From positions 1,152,001 through 1,216,000 of the forward strand of contig CBDCNQ010000005.1 in the NCBI GenBank assembly GCA_965219445.1: 64,000 bases of DNA, given 5' to 3'. The translations under genes and the position numbers were made by a program. Positions 41,490-49,772 of this stretch are shown here, piece by piece (within the stretch, counting starts at the first letter, position 1; each line of letters opens with the position of its first letter). The notes beneath the pieces are model-generated. The model was given only the letters and a program-made list of their open reading frames with translations, was not told the origin of the DNA and ran no database searches. Source of the stretch: Longimicrobiales bacterium. GTDB lineage: Bacteria > Gemmatimonadota > Gemmatimonadetes > Longimicrobiales > Gaopeijiaceae.

Positions 41490-42691
41490 GAATACTCTGA
41501 ATAAGTCGGTCCCTGGGACATTAGATTTACGGGGCGGGAGTTCAAGGGCTGAGCGGGACGATCGGGGAGGCGGACGATGGAGCAGGTGACATTCGCGGAT
41601 GTGGAGTACGAGGGGAAGAAGCGGCGGACGCGGCGGGAGCTGTTTCTGGAGCGGATGGAGGCGCTGATTCCGTGGGAGCGTCTGGAGGCACGGATTCGGC
41701 CGTTGTATCCGAAGGCGGGCCGGGGGCGGCAGCCGTACCCGTTGGCGGCGATGCTGAGGATTCACTGCGTGCAGCTGTTCTACAACCTGAGCGACCCGGG
41801 GATGGAGGACATGCTGTACGAGATCGAGTCGGTGCGGCGGTTCGCGGGGCTGCGTTTGACGGGTCCGCTGCCGGACGAGACGACGATTCTGAACTTTCGG
41901 CACCTGCTGGAGCGACACGGGCTGGGGCGTGGTTTGTTCGAGGATATCAACGCGCACCTGGCGGAGCGGGGCTACCGGGTGCGGGCGGGGACGATCGTGG
42001 ACGCGAGCATCATCGCGGCGCCGTCATCGACGAAGAACCGGGAGGGGGCGCGGGATCCGGAGATGCATCAGACGAGGAAGGGCAACGAGTGGCACTTCGG
42101 GATGAAGGCGCACATCGGGGTGGACGCGGAGACGGGACTGGTGCATGGCGTGCGGGCGACGCCGGCGAACACGCACGATCTTCGGGAGGCGGGGGCGTTG
42201 CTTCACGGCGGCGAGGAGGAGGTGTGGGCGGACGCGGGCTACCGGGGGATCGAGAAGTGGGTGGACACGGGAGGCCGTCCGGTGCAGTGGCATGTGGCGA
42301 TGAGACCGGGGCGGCGGCGGCTCCTGGAGCAGGGCGGGGCGCGGTGGCTGCGCGAGCGGGACAAGGCTTCGGTGCGGGCAAAGGTGGAGCACCCGTTCCT
42401 GTATGTGAAGCGGCGCTTCGGTTACCGGAAGGTTCGCTACCGCGGGCTGGCCAAGAACATAGAACGGATCGCGCTGCTCCTGGGCTTCGCGAACCTGCTC
42501 GTGGCGGGCCGCTATTCGACGGCGTGAGCGGCCGGCGCGGGAAACATCCGCCCACGCGGGGCGCAACGAGGGGATCATCGGCCAGAACATGCCGGTTTGG
42601 CGCATTTTCAGCCCGTCATCGCCCCCAAGACCGCTGAAACCGGCTCCCTCCGTCCCGCACCGCCCCCAGAAGGGCCTTGCTCAGAGCTTCC
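41490..42691 (+). mobile_element. IS5-family insertion sequence
   Basis: Imperfect 16 bp IRs; CTAG duplication at 41486-41489 and 42692-42695. Confidence 0.9.
41577..42527 (+). CDS. IS5-family transposase
   Basis: PDETTILNFR, TIVDAS, HFGMKAHIGVD, ADAGY, RAKVEHPF, RYRGL. Confidence 0.95.
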   Translation: MEQVTFADVEYEGKKRRTRRELFLERMEALIPWERLEARIRPLYPKAGRGRQPYPLAAMLRIHCVQLFYNLSDPGMEDMLYEIESVRRFAGLRLTGPLPDETTILNFRHLLERHGLGRGLFEDINAHLAERGYRVRAGTIVDASIIAAPSSTKNREGARDPEMHQTRKGNEWHFGMKAHIGVDAETGLVHGVRATPANTHDLREAGALLHGGEEEVWADAGYRGIEKWVDTGGRPVQWHVAMRPGRRRLLEQGGARWLRERDKASVRAKVEHPFLYVKRRFGYRKVRYRGLAKNIERIALLLGFANLLVAGRYSTA

Positions 42692-42766
42692 CTAGCGATC
42701 CCAAAATCGCGCGATGTGCGTATACTTGATCAACACCAGATCCTGGAAGAGCCGAGGTGATGGCCT

Positions 42767-43270
42767 ATGGACGAAGTACTTGGGTTCTCGTGCCGGGTCG
42801 CGAGGAGGCAGCTGGAGCGCGCGGGAGCACTCCTTGTCTCTCGGTTGAGCGAACTACTGGCAATGGAGCCGTGCCGCGTTGGCGAGTACCTCCGGATGGT
42901 CCCGAACACCACGGGCGTCTACCTGATCAGCGAGAAGGATACGGGATGCCTCTACACCGGGGTCTCCTTCGGGAAGCAGAACCGTCTCCGGGCGAGGATC
43001 GGACAACACCTCCCCGTTCCACCCAACCGGCCACGAAAAAACTCGGGTGCCATCCTAGCAGAGCGGATTGCTATGGAGATTGTAGGTCTGCCGTCCCAGA
43101 CGCCTCGGAAGAAGGTCTACGCAGACGAAGCGTTCCGCAACGAGTTCTGGAGGTTGCGCCACCGCGTAAGGAAGATGGACCTTCAGTACTTGGAAGTTGC
43201 CGATAAGCGGGAGGGTAAGGCGTTGGAGACGTTGGCGGTCCTCGTACTCCTACCCAGGTACAACTGGTGA
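42767..43270 (+). CDS. GIY-YIG nuclease family protein
   Basis: GVYLI..LYTG..RLRARIGQH..E..P.YN. Confidence 0.7.
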   Translation: MDEVLGFSCRVARRQLERAGALLVSRLSELLAMEPCRVGEYLRMVPNTTGVYLISEKDTGCLYTGVSFGKQNRLRARIGQHLPVPPNRPRKNSGAILAERIAMEIVGLPSQTPRKKVYADEAFRNEFWRLRHRVRKMDLQYLEVADKREGKALETLAVLVLLPRYNW

Positions 43271-43534
43271 GCGTGGGGTGGGCGTGCCGCCGCGTTGGGT
43301 TGCTCACACGACCCCGAATCAACGGTGTTGTCGCTGCGGTGAGGATGCCGGCCGCCCGCTTTTCCACGGCCTGACCGAACAGTTACGTCCGGCGACTTCC
43401 GATGCAGTCGCATGGATTCCAGCGCAGAATCGGGTATCTGAAGTGATACAACACTCAGTGCGATGTAAGCTAACCTATTGTGTCACAGACGGTTACGATT
43501 TCTTCCGTGCAGTCCATCATCGAGGAGGAATCGA

Positions 43535-44698
43535 ATGATGGCACGCACGAAACGAAGCCGGCACAGTTACGGCGCCGGCGAATGGGGCCGGAACCGGGTA
43601 CGGGTGTTTCCCGATCCCAAGACCGGCCTGCTCCAGATCGAGTGGCGCGAGAACGGGCGCAGGCTGAGCAAATCGCTCAAGCACCGCGACTGGGCACGGG
43701 CGAAGAGGCAGGCGGACGAGTTCGCCGCAGGCTTCGCCGGGCCGGAGATCGGGGGCGGAGCGGAAGCCGAGCCCGAGCCGCTCACCCTGGAGACGCTTTT
43801 TGACATCTACGGTGAAGAGGTGACGCCCACCAAGGGCAGGCAATCGCGGCGGCACGACAGGGCCGCGATGCGGATGTTCCTTGGGTTCTTCGGACGGGAC
43901 CGCAGCCCGGCAACGCTCTCCCAGCGCGACTGGGACAGGTTCATCAGGGAACGACGGGCGGGCCGGGTCGGCCCGAGCGGAAGGCCCGTATCGGATCGAA
44001 CAATCCAACAGGACCTGAAGCTACTGCTGGCGATCCTCAACTGGGCCGCGAAGTCGAGGGACGAGCAGGGCCGCCTGCTCCTCGATTCGAACCCGCTGCA
44101 GGGTCTGAAGACGCCCAAGGAGAAGAACCCGACCCGGGTCGTCCTCGTGGAGGAGGAATACCAGGCGCTTCTAGAGGTGTCCCGCCAGGTCGACTGGCGG
44201 TTTCGTGTCGCGCTCGTGCTCGCGCACGAGACGGGTCACCGCATCGGTGCCATCCGCCAGCTTCGGTGGTCGGACATCGACTTCGAAGAAAGAGTGGTGC
44301 GGTGGCGCGCGGAGCACGAGAAGTCGGGCTACGAACACCGGACGCCGGTGACCATCGAGGCGATCGTCGTCTTGGAAGAGGCGCGAAAGAGGAACCCTGG
44401 GATCGGCGACGCGCTTGTGTTACCCGCGCCCGGGAATCCTTCGACGTGCGTGCGCTCCGGGCGGGCGCGCTCCTGGTGGAGGAGAGCGGAGAGGCTCGCG
44501 GGGCTGGAGCCGAAGCACCGCAGAGGCTGGCACTCGCTGAGGCGGAAGTTCGCTTCGGACCTCATGGACCAGCCGCTCAAGGTGCTGTGCGAGCTTGGGG
44601 GCTGGAAGACGGCCAGAACAGTGCTCCAGTGCTACCAGCACGCCGACGAGGACCAGCTCAGGAACGCGCTCGACAACCGCCGCAGAGTTCGGGCCTGA
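43535..44698 (+). CDS. Tyrosine recombinase/integrase (not P4-type)
   Basis: GAGGAGG RBS; ETGHR, K, WHSLRR, LGGW, CY catalytic set. Confidence 0.92.
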   Translation: MMARTKRSRHSYGAGEWGRNRVRVFPDPKTGLLQIEWRENGRRLSKSLKHRDWARAKRQADEFAAGFAGPEIGGGAEAEPEPLTLETLFDIYGEEVTPTKGRQSRRHDRAAMRMFLGFFGRDRSPATLSQRDWDRFIRERRAGRVGPSGRPVSDRTIQQDLKLLLAILNWAAKSRDEQGRLLLDSNPLQGLKTPKEKNPTRVVLVEEEYQALLEVSRQVDWRFRVALVLAHETGHRIGAIRQLRWSDIDFEERVVRWRAEHEKSGYEHRTPVTIEAIVVLEEARKRNPGIGDALVLPAPGNPSTCVRSGRARSWWRRAERLAGLEPKHRRGWHSLRRKFASDLMDQPLKVLCELGGWKTARTVLQCYQHADEDQLRNALDNRRRVRA

Positions 44699-44702
44699 AC
44701 CC

Positions 44703-44780
44703 AATTAGCGGGAATCAATTGGCGGGAATCCGGCACGTCACGCTCGTAAGTTCAATGCGGGCAAAAGGATGCACATCTGC
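44703..44780 (+). repeat. Element 'right end' copy 1
   Basis: T(A/G)GCGGGAATC x2 (14 bp period), then CGTAAGT-N14-AGGAT-N6-CTGC; same layout at 54997-55074. Confidence 0.75.
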
Positions 44781-46072
44781 CACCGCATGCCCGCAAGGCC
44801 TTCGTCAACTGCTGTTCTAACGCGGTCATAGAGCTCCTTCACTCGTTCGACAGCTTCACGGCCGGCCGAGTGTCCACGGTCCAGGGCGGATAGGCGAGCG
44901 CGCCGGCCGGCAGCACCACGAACCGCTCCCCCTCGATCTCCCGAAGCGCGATCCCCCAAGTGCCCGTCTCGAGCCGCTCCAGGGTCTGGCGTGCCTCCCC
45001 GATATCCAGGTCGAGGGCGGCGGCCGTCTCGATCCGGGCCTCGATGCGCGTCGACAGCCAGTGCAGCGTCGCCCAGCTCCCGCCACAGATGCCGAGCCAG
45101 AGGCTCAGGCCGACCACCAGGGGCCGGAGCCAGGCCTTGAGCAGCAGCGCGCGCATCCGCCGGGTCGCCTCCACCGTATCGCGTTCGATGGTACGCAACG
45201 CGTTGCTCGCGACGCGCCGCGAGTTCTCTCCGAGCCGCTCGAGCTCGCTCGCCGTCAGTTCCTCGATCGCCTCGCGTTCGGTCTCCAGCCGTCTCCGCAG
45301 CCGCTCGGTCAAATCGTTCGCGCTCGAAGTCTTCTGCATACAGCTCTCCTTTCAGCCGCCACCGGTCCCCGGTCTCGGGGTCCAGCGCCGTGATGTAGTC
45401 CTTGCCCTGGCGCGGCACCTCCAAGCCCGCTTCCTGCAACGCGGCGACGACATCGGCCCGGTTCCGCACCGTGCCGTGCTCGACGCGCTGGAGCAGGTAA
45501 TCCCGGATCAGGTCGCGGGGCTCGGACTCCAGCCCGAGGCCGGTCCTGAGCCGCGCCGCCTCGACGTAGGCGCGGTGACCGGGGTGCTGCACCCTGGCCC
45601 GCGCCGGGTCGTCCGGCCGGCTCCAGCCGTGTTCGGCGTTGAAGGCGTCGCGGAGCGGGTCGAACGTCTTCCGCCACCCGGGGGGCGCGATGTTGAGGCT
45701 CCGGCCGGTCTCCAGGTCGCACCGCGCGGCCAGGACATGCACGTGAGCGCCGCCGCCGCGCTCGCGGTGCAGCACGGCGGCCCAGGCGTAGCGGTCGGGT
45801 TCGAGCCCGGCCCAGGCCGTCTGCTCGAAGTCATCGAGAACCGCGCCGATCTCGGCGTCGGTCGGCTCGTCGTCCGGCGCCCAGGCGATCACGCCCGAGG
45901 TGTACTTGTGCTCGAACGCCAGCGCGTCGGCCACCGCAGCCACTTGATGGGGATTCCCCCGCAGCACCTCGACGCCCTCGCGCGGCTGTCCGGTCGCGTC
46001 CCGCTCCCCGAGGAGGTAGTCGGCCGCGTCCCGCGCCGCGCCGGTTCCGCGGGCCAAGAACTTAATGTGCAT
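44738..46072 (-). CDS. Relaxase MobA/MbeA-like (MOBP, ColE1-type), C-terminus probably truncated
   Basis: MHIKFLARGTG..DYLL, YTSGV, H.ER..HVHV, PDDPAR, RLKG.LY. Confidence 0.88.
   Translation of the reverse strand: MHIKFLARGTGAARDAADYLLGERDATGQPREGVEVLRGNPHQVAAVADALAFEHKYTSGVIAWAPDDEPTDAEIGAVLDDFEQTAWAGLEPDRYAWAAVLHRERGGGAHVHVLAARCDLETGRSLNIAPPGWRKTFDPLRDAFNAEHGWSRPDDPARARVQHPGHRAYVEAARLRTGLGLESEPRDLIRDYLLQRVEHGTVRNRADVVAALQEAGLEVPRQGKDYITALDPETGDRWRLKGELYAEDFERERFDRAAAETAGDRTRGDRGTDGERARAARRELAARREQRVAYHRTRYGGGDPADARAAAQGLAPAPGGRPEPLARHLWRELGDAALAVDAHRGPDRDGRRPRPGYRGGTPDPGAARDGHLGDRASGDRGGAVRGAAGRRARLSALDRGHSAGREAVERVKELYDRVRTAVDEGLAGMRWQMCILLPALNLRA
44785..44829 (-). pseudogene. MobD/MbeD-like 5' remnant
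   Basis: AAGGAG RBS + MTALEQQLTKAL just after mobB; similarity lost at the recombinase right end. Confidence 0.55.
44839..45339 (-). CDS. MobB/MbeB-like protein nested in the relaxase gene
   Basis: Alternate-frame ORF with coiled coil, TM and 'TWG...RFVVLP', as in ColE1 mbeB. Confidence 0.7.
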   Translation of the reverse strand: MQKTSSANDLTERLRRRLETEREAIEELTASELERLGENSRRVASNALRTIERDTVEATRRMRALLLKAWLRPLVVGLSLWLGICGGSWATLHWLSTRIEARIETAAALDLDIGEARQTLERLETGTWGIALREIEGERFVVLPAGALAYPPWTVDTRPAVKLSNE

Positions 46073-46400
46073 CGGGATCGGGGTCTCCGACGGGGGCCAG
46101 TGCCCGGAGCGCCCGCTCGATGGGGACCAGGTGGACGATCACCTCGACGGCCTCGGCCGCCCCCTTGTGGGTATTCGCCCACCGGGCGATCTGGTTGAGA
46201 TTGTTGCCGATGCGGGAGACCTGCCGGGTGCGCTCGCGCTCGACCTCGGCCGCCGGGGCCGTCCACGTCCGCGTGCGCGCCATCGCCCGGCGTATCAGCG
46301 CCGACAGGGGCACGCCGCCGGCCGCGGCCTTGGCCCGCCAGTCGGCGAACTCGGTCGGCGAAACGCGGACGGCGACCATGACCGTGCGGCGCTTAGCCAT
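46062..46400 (-). CDS. mobC: Relaxosome protein MobC
   Basis: RHH N-terminus, RIGNNLNQIARWAN. Confidence 0.9.
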   Translation of the reverse strand: MAKRRTVMVAVRVSPTEFADWRAKAAAGGVPLSALIRRAMARTRTWTAPAAEVERERTRQVSRIGNNLNQIARWANTHKGAAEAVEVIVHLVPIERALRALAPVGDPDPDAH

Positions 46401-46471
46401 CGGGATGCGCCGCCACGGAGGGAAGGGGGGCGACGCCCCGGCGCGCGAACTCCACCGGAGCGCGGGTCTCT

Positions 46472-46535
46472 TGGGGTTCGAAGGGGCGGAGTCCCTCGCC
46501 AGCCCCTGTGTATGACACAGGGTAGGCTGGCTCTC
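46472..46535 (+). promoter_or_regulatory. Cognate oriT of the mob cassette (copy 4)
   Basis: Just upstream of mobC; hairpin CCCTGTGT-ATG-ACACAGGG followed by TAGGCTGGCT. Confidence 0.7.
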
Positions 46536-47020
46536 GTGCCTTAGGCGCGCCAAACACCCCCCGGCGCTGCGAACCTTGGGTCGTGGGAATCTCCATACCC
46601 GTACACGGAGAAGCCCGCACGGGGCCGTGTCAACAGCGCAAGAAGAGGCGTTGTCCGAGGGGTTCCAGCGCCGTCCCGAAGGGGAACGGGCCGCCGCCAG
46701 CGGCACCTCCATCGCTTCCCGAAGAGCCTGTTGGGGCGGCCGGTGGTGGCGGACCGGGTGTGTGCCTCAGGCCACACGCCGGAAGTCTGCTGCTGCTCCG
46801 ATTGACGGTACAGAGTCGAGCCGTGGCGATGCCGACCGCCGAGTCGGAACCTGCCCTCTGACAAGATCTCCGCCGGGAGCCGACGGGTGGTGTCTTCCGC
46901 GCCACTGGCGGAGACCTCCGCCGGCTCGCGTACGTTCCCGGACATCTACAGACAATACAAGCACTTAGGAGATTTCCTAAGAGTTGACGCGCCCGAAAAC
47001 GGTGTTTCACCGTTACGGGC

Positions 47021-47302
47021 ATGAAGACGCTGGAGCAGCAGTTCAACACGCGGGTCAGCGCGTTCCTGGGGCGCACGGGCTTGAGCCCGACGGCGTTCGG
47101 CATGAGGGCGCTGGGAGACCCAAACCTGATGTGCCAGATCGGGCGAGGGCGTTCGCCGTCGCTGCGAACGGCGGATCGCGTTCTGGCGTTCATCTCCGAC
47201 TACGACCGGGAGTCGGGCGGCGCGCGGGACCACCGCCCCGCCTTTCCGGGTGCCGGAGGCCTTCGTCAACAGCGGGGAGATCGAGGAGGAGCAGAGCGAT
47301 GA
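47021..47302 (+). CDS. Small Cro-like HTH protein
   Basis: FL.RTGLSPTAFG..ALGDPNL...GRSPSLRTADRV; coupled to AlpA. Confidence 0.65.
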   Translation: MKTLEQQFNTRVSAFLGRTGLSPTAFGMRALGDPNLMCQIGRGRSPSLRTADRVLAFISDYDRESGGARDHRPAFPGAGGLRQQRGDRGGAER

Positions 47303-47571
47303 GAGACCAAACGATGGACAAGAGAACGAACCCGCCGACCCGTTTCGTGCGGCTGCCCGAGGTGGTGGCCCGGACGGGCCTGTCGCGGAGCACGATCTAC
47401 GTGCGGCTGGCCGAGGGGTGCTTCCCCCAGCCGGTCCCCTTGGGCGCGCGGGCGGTGGGCTGGATCGAGTCGGAGGTGGACAACTGGATCCGCGAGCGGA
47501 TCGCCGAGAGCCGGGGCGAGGCCAGCCGTGCCGTCCACGCTCAGCCCTCACAGCGGCCTTTCGTCAGGTAA
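47299..47571 (+). CDS. AlpA-family regulator/excisionase
   Basis: RLPEVVARTGLSRSTIY..FP.PV.LGARAVGWIESEV. Confidence 0.9.
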   Translation: MRDQTMDKRTNPPTRFVRLPEVVARTGLSRSTIYVRLAEGCFPQPVPLGARAVGWIESEVDNWIRERIAESRGEASRAVHAQPSQRPFVR

Positions 47572-47620
47572 CGTAGTCGCTCCACGCCTGCATGACTTCG
47601 GCGCGGCGCTCCAGCAAGCC
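47564..47620 (-). pseudogene. 3' tip of a P4-like integrase fused to the istB fragment
   Basis: LLERRAEVMQAWSDYVT*, nearly identical to the end of 38411-39583. Confidence 0.7.
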
Positions 47621-49120
47621 GAGTTCATGCAGCGCGTCGACCTGCTCGCGCTTGACCGAGGGCTGGAAGGCGAAGTCGAAGTCCGCCAGGGTCCTCACGC
47701 ACGGCAGCCGGCTGGAGCGCATCGCCGCCTCGAGGCGGCGGCTGTTGCGCAGGGTGATCTGACCCGCCAGCAGGCGCTCGACCGCTTCCGCGGCGGTCGT
47801 CCCGCCGCCTTCGACTCCGGCGAGGATCTCATCCAGCGCTTCCAAGGTGCCCGGCATCTTGAGGTCGGCGAGCTGGGCGGCGATGCGTTCCCGGCGCGAC
47901 GGAGGTCTCACGATCCGCCTCCCGCGATCCGGGCGTACTCGGCCAGCGGGCGGTACTCGACGTCCACGAGCGGAAGGACCACCGCCTCGGCAGCCCGGCC
48001 CGGCGCCGCCTCCACGGGCCGGGGGGCCACTGGACGGTAAGTCCAAGGGGCCAAAGGCATCAGGTGAGGCCGCTCTGCCTCGAACCGCCGGGCCGGACGC
48101 TCCTTCAGGGTCCCGTGGATCCGGACGTTCGCCACGGTGTCGAGCCACTGCACGACCTGGGCGTTCAGATCGTCGTCCGACGCGAAGCTGCGACCGTAGA
48201 AGAAGTTCTTCCGTAATGTAGCTGACCAGGCGTTCCACCTTGCCCTTGGTCTGGGCCCGGTACGGGCGGCACGCCCGGATGCGGAAGCCCAGTGCATGCT
48301 GAAGCGCAGGAACTCCGGGTTCTCGGCCAGCCGCCCGCCCTCGTCGCGCCGGTCGCCGAGGACCACGGCCTTCATCTGGTCGAACAGAAGCTCCGAGGGC
48401 ACGCCGCCGAAGGACCGGAAGGCCGACTCCAGCCCCCGCATCACCGCGACCATCGTCTGCCGCTCGTAGTACTGCAGCCACATGTAGCGCGAGTAGCCCA
48501 GCACCACGATCAGCGCGTGCCGCTTGCCCCACGGCAGCCGGAACTCCGCGAAGTCCACCTGCGCCTGGTGGCCCGGCGGCGTCTCGAACCGCCGCACCGG
48601 CTCCTCCGGAGCCCGGGGCTGAACCTCGCGGACGTACCGCTTCACCTGGCCGTAGCCGCCCGGATAGCCCGCCGCCCGAACCTCGTCGAACAGGCGTGCG
48701 GCACTGAGCTCGGGATACTCGGCCAGACGGGCGTTGATGATCTCTTTGTACGGATCAAGCTTCGAGGACCGCCCGCGCCTCGGCCCGTATCTTACAGCCT
48801 CGCCGTCCAACTCCCGGTCCAGCTGTCCCGCCGCGATCCAGCGGTGCACCGTCCGCCGGTTGATGCCGAGCTGCCGCGCGATGGCGGACTTGCTCATCCC
48901 CTGCTCCAAATAGTGCCGCAACAGCACCCGCGTCTCTCTCCCGATCATTACGCCTCCACCGCTCAGTGAAGACGCCAACGTATCAACTCCGCCGAAGACG
49001 CCTGGAGTGCCGTGACGGCGGGCTTGCAGCCTATGGCTTGCGACTTCCACCGGCGAGATACGTGGCCCGGGTGTTTCGTCATTGGTTGAGGAGTTGCCTG
49101 ATGGGACACCTATTGACCCG
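47620..49120 (-). mobile_element. IS21-family element, truncated in istB
   Basis: istA followed by the istB 5' fragment (47620-47911: LADLKMPG..TLADFDFAFQPS); outer end approximate. Confidence 0.85.
47908..48948 (-). CDS. istA: IS21 transposase IstA with a short compensated frameshift
   Basis: RFETPPG.QAQVDF, LGYSR, FDQMK; the conserved CRPYRAQTKGKVER is in another frame (48215-48290). Confidence 0.85.
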   Translation of the reverse strand: MIGRETRVLLRHYLEQGMSKSAIARQLGINRRTVHRWIAAGQLDRELDGEAVRYGPRRGRSSKLDPYKEIINARLAEYPELSAARLFDEVRAAGYPGGYGQVKRYVREVQPRAPEEPVRRFETPPGHQAQVDFAEFRLPWGKRHALIVVLGYSRYMWLQYYERQTMVAVMRGLESAFRSFGGVPSELLFDQMKAVVLGDRRDEGGRLAENPEFLRFSMHWASASGRAARTGPRPRARWNAWSATLRKNFFYGRSFASDDDLNAQVVQWLDTVANVRIHGTLKERPARRFEAERPHLMPLAPWTYRPVAPRPVEAAPGRAAEAVVLPLVDVEYRPLAEYARIAGGGS

Positions 49121-49282
49121 ACCTCCCACCGTTGCCGCACTCGGCGAGACCGACACCGTCGCAATTGCGTCGAGAGGGTCAGGGCCGGTCGGCCCAGAGG
49201 ATTCTGATCCACTGCACGCGCCTACAAGAAGGCTCCCTGCGACAGCGATTCCTGTGGTCCAGCTTGGAACCTGGCCCATCAC
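49120..49282 (-). pseudogene. Lipoprotein N-terminus (Ig-like) cut by IS21
   Basis: LVGAC lipobox, GPTGPDP..TVSVSPSAAT. Confidence 0.55.
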
Positions 49283-49284
49283 AC

Positions 49285-49362
49285 GCCCCCTTCGCCGAGC
49301 TCACGCTCGATCGTGTAGCGGCCCTCGAGGGCAGCGTTCAGGCGGATGATGGGATCGGACAC
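49285..49362 (-). pseudogene. Ser/Thr kinase N-terminal remnant
   Basis: Hand-translated MSDPIIRLNAALEGRYTIERELGEG, ending in the Gly loop. Confidence 0.6.
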
Positions 49363-49533
49363 GGGCGCACTCCGGGATCAGACCGAGGTCAACATCCGAG
49401 AGCGGGCCGGTAGGCGCAAGCAGAAGCCCGTCAGACGCCTACAAACACGTCCTGAGCGTCTTCGGGCTTTGGGGTAGGCTGGAGCGTCCTCGTGGCTTAG
49501 AGGGCCGTTATTGGCTCGCTGATCCGTAGGCGA

Positions 49534-49755
49534 CTACAGCAGCACCAATGGCAGCCCCAGCGCGAAGATCCCCGACACGATGAGCACGCTCACGAAGCCG
49601 CGCTCCACCTCCAAGTTTTCCGCGTTAGCAGCACTCGCTTGCGCGCTCTTGATTTCGGGGGGTTGATAGGTGTTTGGCGGTACAGCCCATCCCCACTGCG
49701 GATTGTCGCTCTCCGACCGTCCTTGGGCGCTAGCGGCGGCAACGACGAAGTCCAT
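49534..49755 (-). CDS. Small hypothetical membrane-anchored protein
   Basis: C-terminal TM; follows the TerB-like gene. Confidence 0.35.
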   Translation of the reverse strand: MDFVVAAASAQGRSESDNPQWGWAVPPNTYQPPEIKSAQASAANAENLEVERGFVSVLIVSGIFALGLPLVLL

Positions 49756-49772
49756 CGGAGGTCCCGTCGCGA

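Larger units (their letters stand above)
38213..43521. mobile_element. Integrative element 2 (~5.3 kb, P4-type integrase)
   Basis: Exact direct repeat CGTGCAGTCCATCATC at 38213-38228 and 43506-43521; AAGTGATACA at 38383 and 43441. Confidence 0.8.
23377..44780. mobile_element. Putative ~21 kb tyrosine-recombinase integrative/transposable element
   Basis: Left end 23377-23530 and right end 44703-44780 share direct T(A/G)GCGGG(A/C)ATC arm-like repeats; recombinase 43535-44698; truncated genes at both junctions. Confidence 0.55.

Noticed and set aside
28878..47571. Prophage or P4/PICI phage satellite
   Set aside because: Integrases and AlpA are present, but no capsid, terminase, Psu/Sid or P4 alpha primase; oriT/mob point to conjugative mobilisation.
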